DNA from: Podarcis gaigeae
Taxonomy: Eukaryota
DNA: 64,000 nt
Strand: one strand, 5' to 3'
NCBI GenBank assembly: GCA_964106915.2
Contig: OZ066915.1
Part shown: positions 25,607 through 40,144 of the stretch, one piece after another
Numbering within the stretch: the first letter of the stretch is position 1
How the letters are laid out: each line of letters begins with the position of its first letter
Notes under the pieces: model-generated
The model's database searches: none
The model's input: the letters and a program-made list of their open reading frames with translations, nothing else
Told to the model about the DNA's origin: nothing
Program-made: the position numbers and the translations under genes

Positions 25607-28431
25607 ATTGTTGATTTAAGCAGTTCTTCATAGATTCCAAAAAAAGCTTGAGTTTCTCAAACACATTTTTTATCTTCTGTAAGATTTGTGGCTATCTATC
25701 TTACTGGAGTTAGAATTTGGGTATGCAATTACAATTATTGCCCAAGGTTCTGAATTAGCTACAAAGCAGTCTTGAGGGGAAATTCTCATATGTGATTTGG
25801 TATCTTCAAGGTTTGCTGAGGTGAATAGTAAGATCTAAGGCAGCACATTACTAGTTTGGGTTCAAACTGTAGCTAAATAAGGACAGGGCTTTGGCAGTAA
25901 TAGTAAATTCTTGCATCACAATTTTAAGTCGGCCAATGTACCTTGTGCAATATAGTTGATAATATATGTGCCAAAAAGTACAGTACAAGTTTCAAGTGCA
26001 CTGGACTGGAGTCCCTTTTCATTGTCCTTAGCCATTTCCTTCAAAGCAATCTGATTATGCACCACATTGTATTAGAAATGACCTCAGTTGATAATTTTCT
26101 GTGTGTGTGTGTGTGTGTGTGTGGGCAAGTACAAGTGCACACACGCGATGAGGGCTGTTCAAGGGCAGGTCAGCCGTAAACCTCTTCGTACCATCAAACT
26201 TGTGGCTCTTGAATTATGCTGATTCCCTCTTCAACTATAGTCCCTCATGCCCCATAGCACACCATTTCCCTGACCTTCAAGAGCAGCTTTTCAGGGCCAT
26301 GGGAGAAATGGGAAAGCGAGGGGATGGAGAGGAGAAAAAAGCCCTATTTTGTAAGCAGAAACCTGTTTATGCTTCGCTGGATCCATCCCACCATTTCCCT
26401 GGTGGTATATAAGATTGATCCTTACTTTAGAATGAACCTTATCTGAAGAGAGTGGCCTTTCATATAAAGTAATGTGACCTTTAAGCTAGAGAATGTCTTG
26501 AGAACAGTCACAATTGATTAAGAGATGATTTGGGCAATTTTAGAAATAAGTTGTATTATGCACTGCAAAACACACACACACCCAACCCAGCAGGTTTAAA
26601 ACTATTTCCGTATTTGATCTGCCTTCCCAGCGGTAAAGCTGTGTTGTACAGAACATCTGCCAAAGCTATCAGCAGCGGGGTTTTTTTCACTAGGGGACAT
26701 TTTAATGACTAGACATCAGTGATTTGAAGATACATTTATTGCAATCAATGAGGGCAGTCAGCTGTGTAACAGAAGCATTGTCAAAAGGGGTAGGATTGCT
26801 ATTGAAATAAGTGCAGTGCTAAATTTGATTATACATGTACTTTCAGGCCTAATACAACACTACATTGCTCTCAGATTACTTCCAATATATCTCTGAGGTT
26901 TGAAAGTGGAAATTGTATGAGCCTCTGAATTAGAAATAGTCCTTTTTATGCATATAGTATTATGTCCATCTATTATTATTTTTTTACTCTCTTGATCACA
27001 GACAGTAAGGTGCCTAGGTCCAATTACCAGAGTCTCCTATTGCCTTTCAGTACTGAAGTGGTTTAAACCAAATCAAGGTTTTTCCTTATCTTGAATAAGT
27101 TTAAAACAACAACTTCCATTTTCCATGGAAAATAAAGAGCAGCACATCTTCTGCACTTGCTAATTATGTTTTAGGTTCCTCCTTTCTGATAGATCATATT
27201 GCTCAGCTAACTTGGAGTAAAGGAAGCAGGGATGCTTCATTTTTCTCTTCCCTTCTGTAAAGCCAAAGTTCTGCTGCCAGTAGAACTGGAGAAGGGGTAA
27301 CGTTTGCCCTGCCAAAACCCTGGGGTGTAAATGGTAAGCATCATAGCCCAATCCAGGATATTTTAATTTAAAAATCTGAGGAGCCCTGAGCAGGCATATT
27401 TGAAACTCCTTCCCTCATTTTAATTTAGTAAGACAGCTGGATTTCTCGCAAAGCACAACAATTGAGATTTCACATTGAGCTCAGTCATAAGCTCTGTCAG
27501 TGACAGCTGTGCCGGTTTCTGGGAAGACTGTATTTGGGGGGCTTTCTCGTCCAAAGGAACCACAGAAACTAAAATAAACAAAACTTGCTTCCATATATTC
27601 TAAGGATGGTCGTGGAGATGGGGGGGGGGGGCAACTAGAGCCTTCTTAAGCATCTTCTTGCACTTTTTCCTGGCATGGGATTCTATAAGTGATAGGTGTC
27701 TACTTTTAACAGGGAAAGCCATCATATAATAATTTTATTTTTACCTATTCCAACAGATGTGTCTATCCAGGAGTAAGCCCCAATGAGTTCAGTAGGACTT
27801 ACTCCCAGATGAGTGTGTATAGGGTAGTGGATTAGGTGAAGTCCAAGTTATACTGCTGGCTTAATAAATAAATAAAAAGGCAACGAGTGAAATACTAACA
27901 TTTGACAACAGTGGGTTGCCATACTGATCAATATGTGTTTTAGGTCAAAGGGATGGGACCAAGAGAGAGAGGTGTGGCTAGAGGAGGAAAAGAAGGGGCC
28001 AAGAGCCCCACTGTGCCCAAGGAGCCCTGGAAGCCATCCCACAGCCACTACTGGCAGCACTAAATGTGTTAGGTTAATGTGTATATATCTGTTTATTTCC
28101 CCTAAAATACAGAAGAGAGTGAGAAAAGATGCATGCATGCAATGAGGTGCATAGTGTAGCTTTGTTGTTTCCTGCAGGGATGTGGAACCTCAGGCCCGGG
28201 AGCCAAATTCAGTTCTCCAAGCCTCTCTGTCTGGCCCTTCAGTTTGTCCCCATGCCACACACCTCACCAGCCCCTCTTTGCATCCTCCCTGAGTGTCCTT
28301 GAACTCTGGTAATGCGCTTGCTGCCTGGACGGCAGATAGAGCAGGTTGTGGAAATGTGTCTAGAAAAAACCATCCTGAGATCTGTGGATTAAGGGCAGTA
28401 TACAAATTCAATAATAAAAATAGTAGTAGGA

Positions 28432-28681
28432 TAGTCGTACCTTGGATCCCGAAGGCCTTGCATGTAAAACGTTTTGGCTCCTGAACACCACCAACCCGGA
28501 AGTGAGTGTTCTGGTTTGTGAACACTGTTTGGAACCCAAATGTCCGATGCAACTTCTGCGGCTTCTGATTGGCTGCAGGAGCTTCCTGCAGCCAATTGGA
28601 AGCTGTGCCTTGGTTTCCGAACATTTTGGAAGTCCAACGGACTTCCGGAACGGATTCTGTTCAACTTCCGAGGTTCCACTG
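28432..28681. mobile_element. Tc1/mariner (Tigger-like) MITE
   Basis: Ends (t)agtcgtaccttgga...tccgaggttccactg|ta; internal palindrome gattggctgcaggagcttcctgcagccaat; inserted in a (tag)n tract. Confidence 0.8.
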
Positions 28682-29076
28682 TAGTAGTAGTAGAATTTGC
28701 CTTTTATCTTTTGCTTCTAGCCCTGCCCATCATTGTTATGTGACACCCCAAGAAGGTTGCCCAGAGCTCCCGACCCCAAATATACTGAAGTCCCCACAGC
28801 TATAGGGATTTTTTTTACTACATGTTAAAGAAAAGGGACTTCACTTGAATTTGAGCAAAATGCTTTATTGCTAAAGGCTTATAACTGCCAAGTTTGAGGT
28901 GCACAATGCACCAGGAAATTTTCCTGAAAACCCACTACTGAAATGTATTTCTGTGCGGTTCACATTTTTTAGATGGGTCTTGTGCCAGAGAACTTCCTGA
29001 CAGTTTGTGTTCCAAAAGTTTACCTGCTCTGTAGGCCCTATTTATTCAGGTTCTTTTCTTTCCTATATCCTTACAG

Positions 29077-29151
29077 TTAGGTATTCATGGATATGCATTC
29101 GCAATCACGAACAATGGATACATTCTGACTCATCCAGAACTCAGGCCTCTG
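29077..29151 (+). CDS. CACNA2D3: CACNA2D3 exon (~17), [25 protein letters not shown]
   Basis: ttacag | 75 nt | gtaaga; contains the Cache-domain [16 protein letters not shown] motif. Confidence 0.97.
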
Positions 29152-32100
29152 GTAAGATAAAAAATATGTTGACTGATTTTATACATGCCGAGATAGATAT
29201 GTTTACATTTTCCTTCTTCTTCTTAAGATATACAGAATTAAAGAGCAGAGTGTAATGGTTCACAAGGACGACTACTAAAAAGACTACTATTTAAACTTAA
29301 ATACTGCAGACATTTTTTTCCCCTAGAAGCTCCAATGCAAATAATAACATAAGCCTTTTGGTGATACAGAAATGCACAGGTTGTATGGTGAGAGACCCAA
29401 ACCCCTGTAAGTGCAAGGCAAAGCCATAAATTGCTGCAATTATGTACACTTACATTAAAGTGGAATTCTGTGTTCTCAAGTAATAGCCCCTATTTGTCAT
29501 GTTTAAGTGGACTAAAATTTCTAAAACTGTGTGGATATTGTATGCAAGCTCCTTCTCTTCTTTATCTTCGCTTGAAGGATTATTCCCCCAATTACTGTTT
29601 TTTTAAAAAGTGAAAATTCATTTCCATTACCCTTTTTGCCTTCTTTTAATTAACCAAAGTCAGAAAGAAGTTTGATGTGCCTGTTATATAAAAGTTTATT
29701 GAATGATAGCATAGGCTGTAGCTTCATTTTTTTGGTTTTATAGGAACACTTTAAGAGTTTCATCACCATTGAATCTAACTAAAGGAGTGGCATTAGTGAA
29801 TTCACTATAATATAATATGGATGCCATTTCTCAGGTAGGCACTTAATGTAATTATCAGAATTCAACAATATATAAGCAGAAAGCAGCAATATATCTCAGA
29901 GGGGTATTTGCATATTTAAAAAATCAGGATTATTGTACAGAAGGATCGATGGAGTCATAATTGGAGCTTTCACAAACATTTATCCCTCTAAAGTTTGGAT
30001 TAAGCATTACACTTGGTTAATATTTACATTTGAGTGGTTTTGATGAGAAGATGAAATGAAATTGTCAGAACACCAACATTTTCCTGGCTGTTCCTCCTTC
30101 CACCCCCAATAAGGTCTTTTTTAAAAAAAAACAGAACAGTGAAAAAAGGCAGTGGAATTACTTTTTTGGTATAAACTGTTTCATTCTAAATTTAGACAAA
30201 TTATCCTACCTATAAAAACTGCTTAGTGTTTTGGGATGGGAGCAGCAGTGTAAAGCTGGGGGTAGCAGCAGATGTGATGTTAGTCATGCTATTAGCAATT
30301 ATGTGAATTGCTTCTCAAAGTGAACTGCAGGCATGAGCAGAGCAAATCGGGAGCAGGATCCTGGTGTGGGGTGTCCCTGCTGTGGTCTCAGTCTAGATCA
30401 GGCCCCCTGCACCGGCTGATTGCAATGTGAGGGAAACTCCCTTTTGTTTTAATTGCAAATAGCAGGTGTTGTGATCCCAAATCAGAACTGCAACAGGATA
30501 CAGTCTGCCTCTTGTGTCTGCCTCCTGTGCCGGGGCCGTACTCACTTCCAGCACCTGCAATTTGCTTTTAGATTTCAAAACACTCATTTGCTAATTGCTT
30601 GAATGGAGCCTTCCTTAGTTTATCATTCAGTCTTCTAATGGGGTGGGGCTTTGCTTCAGACTCCCCCCCCCCCAACATGTAGATGGCGGGGGATCAGAAC
30701 CAGCAAGCATAACCTTGTTCTCTCCTGGTGTGATTACAATCGTTCAAGAGAAGAATGGCTGAAACAGTCTTATGCATTTCCTATTTAATTCTCTCTCCCA
30801 TCCCTCCCCCGCCCCCCCAATACCAACCCATGAGGTAGATCAGTGTGGTTTTCATTTTAAAAATAGGGAACAAATTCCAGGAGGCAGTGGGTTAGTTGCT
30901 GTCAGGGAATCTGTAAAAGGGAATAAGAAACCCAGAATCTCCCAGATCCAACACAGTGGCTGCAATGGATATTGTACAAAGCTAATCTGGAAGTGGTGGG
31001 TTGAATCCAGCGCCGCATGTGTGAAGTTCCACTCACATAATGAGATTTCCCCTTATGCATGGAAGGGGCTGCAAGGAAGAGAAGTGTGGTGCTAGCAGAG
31101 CAACAGCAGTGGATGCTCTTCAGTTCTTAGATTAGCTGCTGAGTAACTGTCCTTTCCAGCTGGGCACCCTTGTTCAGAATTGTATGCAGAGTGTAAATGT
31201 TATGTTCAGTCGTATACGTAACCCTGGTTCCGGGGGTGGGAGGAGGGTACAAGAGACAAACCTGTTTGTGTGCATACATATTGTCTGGTGTGTCCCCCCA
31301 CCCCTCAGAAACAAAACAAAACAAAATTACCATGTACCACTAATATGTGGCCAAGATATAATCAGTACACTTAGCTTTGTCATTAGTACGGCTTTTAAAA
31401 AAAGAGTTTGTGAATAACTCTTTAAAATGTCATTTGGGTAAACAGGATTTCTTACAACCTGTATAGTATCCTTCCCCACCTTTTCTACATTAACAAGTTA
31501 TAGAAAATATGGACAAATATCTCACTACGCCTTGTTCTCAGCAGTGAAATTTAAAAGAAAAACTCCTGGAGAGTTTAATTCTAGTTTATTATTGCTAGGT
31601 GGAACACACACAAACTCAGCAAATATTGTTTCACTTAAATATAGTTTTCTGTGAGTATTCAGCTTTTGTTCAACTCTATATATTCCTTTGTAGATATATG
31701 TGATGCTTTGTAATGTATTATAGGAAAATACACACTCTTTGAAACCAGTTTTGCACTTTAAGAGATTTATAAGAAGAATGTTGTTTTCTGGTTGGACTAG
31801 ATCAAGAAAGGAAGTAAATCAAAAGTCCTCAGAAAGCTTTGCTAATAATATTGTTAGATGCTATTTAATTTCTGCATACGTAGGAACAAAATGTCAAAAG
31901 AGTCCGTTTATAATATTCATGGATTCTTTTAGAAACCTCTTGTCCTCCCCAGTTTCCTAGAACTCCCACATCCTATTTTACTGACATTATTTGATGTACT
32001 GAACAAAGTCACACGAGCTGTTTAGAGTGGTCCTAAAGTCTTTCACATCTCCCTCAATGAGCATTACATAGATGGCTGTGAGCCTATTGTGCCCATCCAC

Positions 32101-32247
32101 CAAAAAACAGAACAAAAAAACCCCATGGATTTCCACTCATACAACTGGATTTCCCCTTCTGCTCCCCCTGCAGGCCCTTGTATGCTGCTCTGTTATGGGA
32201 GACCCTTTGGAGCAGATTTTGGGGGCTATTGGGAGCTCCATGAGAGG

Positions 32248-32311
<64 letters not shown>
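32248..32311. repeat. (GA)n microsatellite
   Basis: Direct reading. Confidence 0.98.
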
Positions 32312-32314
<3 letters not shown>

Positions 32315-33849
32315 GAGGAAGGGCAGCCCTGTGGTATTCAGGGAAGTCCACTCATGAGGCATTGGATTTCATCCTATGTGTTTACTAGATCCCATTTTCT
32401 TTCATGGCCTGTTTCTATAATGATTCAAAAGGACACAGAAGGATTCATTTGTGTAAACATGTATATGCTGCAGTGATACGTATCTCATTCAAAAAGAGCA
32501 TTTGAACTAAAGCCTTGTGTGGACCATTAGTAAACACATAAACTCCTTTATGTGCAGCACCCCCCTTGTTTTGCTCAGCGGTAAATACCTTTGTGTTCCA
32601 TTTAAATGAATGGGTATCCTGTTTCTGCAAGGAATCTATGACCACACAAAATGTACATACTAATTGTAGAACAGGGATCCAGGAGGATATGCATTGATAT
32701 TCCATTTAGTTATGCTCCTAGCTAAAGGACTGTGTAAAGACTGTGAGATCTGTTCAGATAGTATTCAAAACAAGTTCCTGGGCTTTCAGAATCCTTTAAT
32801 CCAGTTGGTGGATCTCAGGATTCTAGTACAAAGTAGGTCCTGCAAGGCAGATATCTTCCTACATGGCTCTGTGTTACTTAAAAGTAACACAAGGGCCCTT
32901 ACCTTGTCTTCTGCCTCTCTTTAATTATGGGTTCCATAAACTAGATCTCATGCATTCCTTGTTTAGGAGGGAAATGTGGAATGAATTCCAGCAACAATAA
33001 ATGATACAAGACAGATTGGCAAATGATGTAATCTTCCTTCCTTGTTTTTGTTCATGACAGCAGTTTTTTTAATGGGAAAAAGTGGATGTTTCCCTTCCTC
33101 ACATCACTGCACATCTCTGGCTCATTACCATACAAAATCATTCCAATGGTAAGTGCACAGATAAATAAAACTGTGAGGCCAGGGAGCTCACTACATTATA
33201 TGCATTCCGTGGGTTTTTAGGGTCCTGATTTTTATTTTTATTTTAATCTGGATCCTTCAGCATGGTTTCATATCAGCACAGCAATAGAAGGAACTTAAAA
33301 GCCATCTCCATTTTCTCATTTATTTGAAGGATATGAACATATATCCTGATTAGCTTGTGTATGCTGTGCAGGTCAGAGGTGCTTGTGGGATGAAGAGCAA
33401 CTTAATTGCAATGAACTCAAATGATAAACTAATAACCAGTAGTAACTAATGATATAAAATTCCCATTTAATGTTTTATTTATTTTTAGTGGTGCAGTGAT
33501 TACTGGAATGGTTTGTTACGGTGGGAAAATTGTAAATGTGAATGGGCCAGAAGTCATTATGTGTATGAAGGAAATTTGCTCTCAGATCATATTGGGACTA
33601 TGGAGATTTTTAAAAATGATGTGTTAGCCATGCAATAGGAGGAGGTATTCTGAAATACATTCCCCTTTGGAGGGGACTAGAAAAACTGGCTAACATGTGT
33701 AGTAAGTGTTTTATACAAAAAGTCAAGTTAAAGCTCTCTAACAATTCTTCATTTCAGCCATATTTTGATTGATATATTTGCTGACTTGAACTTTATAACT
33801 GAATCATCTTGTTGAGATTCTGTTCCCTGCCAGGTTTACACAAATTAGA

Positions 33850-33965
33850 AAGGGGGGACCTCTGACCTTGCACAGGTTGTTGGACTACAACTCCCATCAT
33901 TTGTGCCACTTGGGGCTGATAGGAGTTGGAGCCTAACATCAATTTGGAGGGTTCAGCATTCCTGA
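33850..33965. mobile_element. Short hAT-like MITE remnant (ttggactacaactcccatc family)
   Basis: Same motif family recurs near 19640-19690, 40145-40269 and 53325-53405. Confidence 0.6.
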
Positions 33966-34809
33966 CATCAATAACACTTTTAATTGTGATCATTGTCAAT
34001 TAAGTTGACATTCTCTTGATCAAGTCTTCAAGAAGAAAGCTAGTGTTGACCTTCAGAGGAGTGCAGTAAGTTTAAATTAGCCACAGAATCTTCCAAACCC
34101 TATGGATAAACAAAGGTGAGTGCAGCTCAAATCATCTGAGCAGCTTTCCTTATAGATACTTGTGCTGGTGATGAACTATGTAAGATCAGACATTAGATGG
34201 CAGCATAGCACTGCCATGTATAATCAACCATTGACATAGCTGGAATCTGAGCAGGCAGAGCCATTATTCAAAACACACACACATATATGCATGTTTTGAA
34301 TATGTTGTGTTTATGTAAAAAGTGAAAGTTAAGACTTGTATTGAATGTGTTTCTCTTTACTGCAAAACACAGTATTATTAAAATGCAGAAACAAAGCCCC
34401 ACTGGCATAAAATCATATATGGCAACAAGGAAACAGAAACTCTATATGTTTCACTTTCTGCTACATTTGAAAGCTCCGTTTGGCTGCAGCATGGAAATAT
34501 TAACAGGAAATGTTTCCACGGTCCAAAGAAGCAGCCTTGAAAAAATGCATATACTTAAAACGCACAGAGTATATATATATATATATATAAATATAAAATC
34601 TCTTCCACAACGGGAAAGCTAGTAGGCGTCAGAGAGACAAAAAAGGAAAAACACCAGCCACAATTCAAAACACAATAGTAATGACTCCTCTTGTATTACA
34701 GATTAGAATATATAGTAATACTGTGTAATACAGAGCACAGGAAACATCCTCAAATTAATTCCATTTGTTCTCATTGTGTGTCTTAAAAACATAAAATTCT
34801 GATCTTAAT

Positions 34810-34814
34810 ACACG

Positions 34815-34847
<33 letters not shown>

Positions 34848-34891
34848 TATTTGTAAAAAAAAATACATTCTTAGGTGTGTGCGTACACACA

Positions 34892-34945
<54 letters not shown>
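34810..34945. repeat. Compound (CA)n(TA)n and (CA)n(GA)n microsatellites
   Basis: Direct reading. Confidence 0.97.
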
Positions 34946-34949
<4 letters not shown>

Positions 34950-37069
34950 GTTTTGTTACCCTACATCATGATATAGTATCATTCACACATTCTCACATGC
35001 TGAATGTCAGCTGGGCTGCTGAGTCCAGCCACTTCAATCAGTAACTTAGTTTTTCTTTTTAGTGAGTGAAAGTCTCTCAGTCACTTAATTTACACCTCTA
35101 AAATTGTCGAGACTCTTCCTAAAACTTTGAAGAGCATTGCCATCCCCTAGTTCCTCTCCCCCAAGTGACGAAAAAGAAATTGGGCTGAATGAAGACTTAT
35201 AAGGGAGTAACTGCTCTGAGAGACCCGATCAATTTAGAATTTGGGCAGAATAATCCCAGTTTGTGCTGCTCGCTATGGTTAGGAGGTGTCCTCCTGACAG
35301 GCCTCACCAGCAGTGGGCTGCACCACTGCAGATGCCCTTGCCAAAGGTGGTATTTCAAGCAGCGGTAACCAGCAGTAAGTCCTCAGAGTGGTTTGGGGGA
35401 GAGGTCAGAGCTGGGCTGGCAATGGATCAAAGCAAACACAGTTCCTGGAGAGGAGTCTAATTTTGGACCCCTGAGCTGCAGCAGCCTGAAGCTGGCACAG
35501 CAAAATAGGTACAGCATCTCTTCCCTCACCTTCTGCCTTAGCCAGCAGGAGCCAACAGCAACGAATCTGCCACTGCACACCCTTGCTCCTGTTAGAAATG
35601 CACCCTTAAAAGCCTACACTATTTGGGCTTTCAGTGTGAGCACATATGCACTCAGCATTTCAGTGGTTTTCACAAGCTACCTGGCAAGCTGTCCTGTGGA
35701 CCAGCAGTGGTGTTCTGTGCTTGGACCATCCAAAACTCCTCATCAAGAAATGAGCTGCCTTGTTCTCATACATAGGAACCTTCTAACCATTCTTTAACAT
35801 TTGTTCCATTTAAAGTGCCTTGTTGTGGTAGATGCAATGATGCCAGCTCTATAGCCACGTTTGTGTACACAATCTTTCTCCCTTGGTTATAGATGTTTCA
35901 GCCACCATGTATCAGCATGGACATTGCAAGTGGGACAAAATTAAGCCCATACTGTATAAATAACATTGGAAGTGTTTTAAATTAAAATGCCAACTATATT
36001 CAGGATATTTCTCCTCATACTGTCAAAATTTCTCAACGGACTGAGAAATAAATCCAGCTGAAACAAATGGGACTTAATTCAGATGCATTCTGATCCAAAT
36101 AGTGCGCTAGTATAAATCAGGGGCAATTAAAAGTTTACCGCCTCTGAATATGGAATTTTGGCTCTCATAACTATTGAAATCAGTGCGCCTTTTCAGTAAA
36201 ATCTGGTTTCAGTTGAGGTGTAAGTTTCTCAGTTTGCTTATTGGAGTTATACAGCTTTAAACTTATTTCTGTGGGACTATTCACTCTAATAAAGTTTAAT
36301 AGCATGTGTAAATGCTTCCAGTTCTGAGTCGTAGCCAATTTCACGTTGATACCGCATTAAGACGTTGGTCTTGAAAAAGCAGTTGATCCGCTACTTTCGG
36401 GTTGAGGGATCTGTCGCCCTCCTAGTGCAGCTAGTAAAATGGTTCCAAATGGAACAGAATAGTAAATATGAGCATACTCCAAGGTTTGACATAAACACAA
36501 TTTGAGAGACAATAAAATATGAACGTTACTTGGAATGCGTTAAATGTAATCTTGTTGTATAGGATAGATCTCAATATTGTGCTATTACAGACACTCCATT
36601 TCAGCTTGCCAGGTCCAATCATCAGCCCTCTCTTTCCCCTACACACTGCTCTGAGAGTTCTCCTGACCCCTCCAGACCCAATTTTGGTTGTGCAGTGGAA
36701 GAGAGGGAAGCCATTTTACATAAGTGGAAGCCCTTGCACAGGCGAAAACTTCTCCAAGAGTATATTTGTAAGAAAGTTGTTCCGCAAGAGTGTAGCAAGG
36801 AAAATTCACCAGTCATTCTTTGGAAATCATTTGAACTTCCGAGTAAATGTGATTATTGTTGAGCGTTTAGGATTTTGAACTATTTCTGTAAACTGCTTGA
36901 AGTTTTACTAAAATTAAGTCGTATATAAATGTTAACTCCAATCCATGACTCCAGTACTATTATTGTCCAAGAGCAAAGTGGTGTGTGTTCTCCCTGCCTA
37001 CTTACCGGTAAATGTATCGAAGGTCTTGGAGATAATAAAGTAACACATTTCAGCTTAATAATTTGGTTT

Positions 37070-37937
37070 GCCGGGGGGATGCAGAGTGAGGGGGAGACTC
37101 CTTGGTCCTGAACAGGATAACTGTTCCCCTGAAAGACCAGGTGCACAGCCTGGGAGTCATTTTGGACTCACAGCTGTCAATTCTGTGTCCAGGGCAGCTG
37201 TTTATCAGCTCCATCTGATACGCAGGCTGAGACCCTACCTGCCCGCAGACTGTCTCACCCAAGTGGTGCATGCCCTGGTTATCTCCTGCTTGGACTACTG
37301 CAATGCACTCTACGTGGGGCTGCCTTTGAAAGTGACTCAGAAACTGCAACTAATCTTGAATGCAGCAGCTGGACTGGTGACTGGGAGTGGCCATCGGTAC
37401 CATATAACACTGGCCCTAAAAGATCTTTACTGACTGCCAGCTAGACTGGTGACTGGGAGTGGCCATCGGTACCATATAACACTGGCCCTAAAAGATCTTT
37501 ACTGACTGCCAGCTAGACTGGTGACTGGGAGTGGCCATCGGTACCATATAACACTGGCCCTAAAAGATCTTCACTGACTGCCAGTACGTTTCTGAGCACA
37601 ATTCAAAGTGTTGGTGCTGATCTTCAAAGCCCTAAATGACCTTGGCCCAGCATACCTGATGGAGTGTCTCCACCCCCATCACTCAGCCTGGACACAGAGG
37701 TCCTCCTCCAAGGGTCTTCTGCTGGTTCCCTCACTGCGAGAAGCAAAGTAACAGGGAACCAGGCAGAAGGCCTTCTCAGTAGTGACGCCCTCCCTTCAGA
37801 TGTCAAAGAGATAATTTTAGAAGACATCTGAAGGCAGCCATGTATTGGGAGGTTTTTAATGCTTGGTGTTTTTATTATGTTTTTAGATATGCTTAAAGCC
37901 ACCCAAGGTGGCTGGGGAAACCCAGCCAGATGGGTGG

Positions 37938-37970
<33 letters not shown>

Positions 37971-37981
37971 TAATAATAATA
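37070..37981 (+). mobile_element. 5'-truncated L2-clade LINE (ORF2 C-terminal remnant, 3' UTR, (AAT)n tail)
   Basis: Track ORF 37068..37433 contains VHALVISCLDYCNALYVGLP..KLQLILNAAAGLVTG, typical of L2 ORF2; ends cccagccagatgggtggggt(aat)n. Confidence 0.92.
37366..37584 (+). repeat. 3 x 72-bp tandem repeat inside the L2 copy
   Basis: gactggtgactgggagtggccatcggtacc... starts at 37372, 37444 and 37516. Confidence 0.97.
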
Positions 37982-40144
37982 AATGTTATTTGTTATTATT
38001 TTACAGCAGGCTGTTGAACTTTCATTTTCTGAAAAGAACCTCATCAGCTGTTGTACTTTGTTTTGTTTATAGGCACCAATGCTGGATTGAGAAACATCAT
38101 GGATCAGACACAATTTAATTTAGGAATGTAATGTTAGCATTATGTTATCAAACCATAAGCGAGAAAAAGACATTGAGAATCTACCACAGGGTTTGATTCC
38201 CCCCTCCCAATAAATGGTATTTAAAAAAATTGAAATAGAGATTCAAAACACACACCAGGTTTTCCATGTGTTGTTAAGAGCTTCTATAATAGATCATACA
38301 AAGACAAGAGGAAAATAGCCCCCTGCTGCCACTTGGCTCCAGAATCTGGGGTATACTCTTTTTTTCCATTGACATTGGTGCCCACATATGCTAAGAACAC
38401 AGACTCCTGGTCAGTACCTTCTTTCATCAATTTATCAAAACATTTCATGATGCCCACCAACCTTCACACCTTCATGCCAAAACCCTGTGATTTCAATGAG
38501 CAAATCTGCCACTAGGAGCACTCTAACCCAGAAGCATATAATTGATGAAAGGATATCAGCTCATCACTATAGCTAGTTTCTTACTTTTTCAAGCATTAGG
38601 CCCACTTACTCCACACTAGCACTGCATACAGGTCATCAACACCAGTATATTATCTCTTTTAACAATATGTATTTTCCATCAAGGAAGATCTCCATATTAA
38701 CATTTTAGCCAGGTCAGGTACTATTTGCACTGAGCTCTCTGCATTTGCCCTGCATGAAAATAATCATGCAGTTTGCTTCTCGTCCCACTCCTCTTCGATC
38801 GCTTATTCTTACGACCACAAGCATGTGACAGTTTAACTCAGCTGTATCTTTGCAAGCCACGTGATCTCACACTTATTTCTAGTCACGTAGGATAGCTCAG
38901 TGCAAATGAAACTTTCCTTTACTTACAGGCAAACTACAACTCATGTACATAATAAGAACACAAATTCCCAACATTAGTTCAGATTTGATGACAGTGTTGG
39001 TTTCATTTTTGTAGTAATCCTATATTCTACAAAATCCTATTTGTTCTTCTTTCAAAAGGAAGTTAACATGAAAAATATTCACAAAATCATAACTGCCCTT
39101 ATACAATTGTTTTCATCATTGGCCTTGGTAAAGGAAGTTCATATATATATGAACAAAAGATAAAAACTTTCCCCTAAATACGATGGCAGTTTTGTACCCA
39201 AAGCAAGTTGCTGAGTTTAAGTTACCAGTAAATGTTAACAGCCACAATGCATTGTATGTAGCAAAAAAGACCCGGTGTATTTAAAGATTGCTAAACCAGT
39301 ATTAAGGCTTTCATAGCTGTAAATTCTGGGAAAATTTGTTTCTCCTAATATAGAAAAACAGAGAAATCCAAGTCTCAGAGGAAACATTAATGCCCCACTT
39401 AAACGGTGTTAGCCTTTCATAAGCAGCAAATCTCATTTCTCTCTGGGGAGTCCTGCCTGAAAACTAAGATAACCTACACTTACCCTTGCTTTTTCAGAGA
39501 CTCCATAAAACTCTACAGCTGTAGCTGACAGTGGAATATTTAAATGATTTGAACAGTGTAAATGCCTTGTGTTCATTTAAATAACTGAAGAGTTCAATTA
39601 CTTGAATGTCAACAATTATTCCTGTCGGAGTTTACATGTTAAAAAAGAAAGAGCATCTGAATCCCTGTGAGGGCATTAAATTGCTATCTAATTAGCAATC
39701 CTAAATTACATATATTAAAAAGATAACAGTTTGAATGCCTTGCTGGAAAAACCAGTTGCACATACAAATGAAATGCAAGAAATTTGGTAGTAATATACTT
39801 GCAGTTTACTTTGCTTCTTTACTTTCAACTTTGACGTTAGGTAGAAACAAGCTCACCGAGTTTTAAGTCTGGTAATGTTGAAATGATGGCAGATGGTTTA
39901 AATTATTTCCACTCTAAGAAGATATAATTATAAGCAGCTGTCAGTTTTACATAATCCTGAATGATAAGGTCTTAAGAATGCAAATTAAATCCTAAATTAA
40001 GAGGGTTTGCCGTGGAAAGAATCAAATACACGTCACACTACTAATCTGCTTGTATGTGGTTGATCTGATCTGAAGGTATTGTTTACCCAGTCTTTATAGG
40101 TACATAAAGATCTGTGCACTATTTTCTCTGTCATTAATTTAGAC

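Noticed and set aside
36412-36430. CTCF-like motif gtcgccctcctagtgcag
   Set aside because: One extra base relative to the core consensus; cannot be supported without PWM scoring or ChIP data.
37366-37584. Regularly spaced repeats as a CRISPR-like array
   Set aside because: Head-to-tail near-identical units with no unique spacers, inside a eukaryotic LINE.
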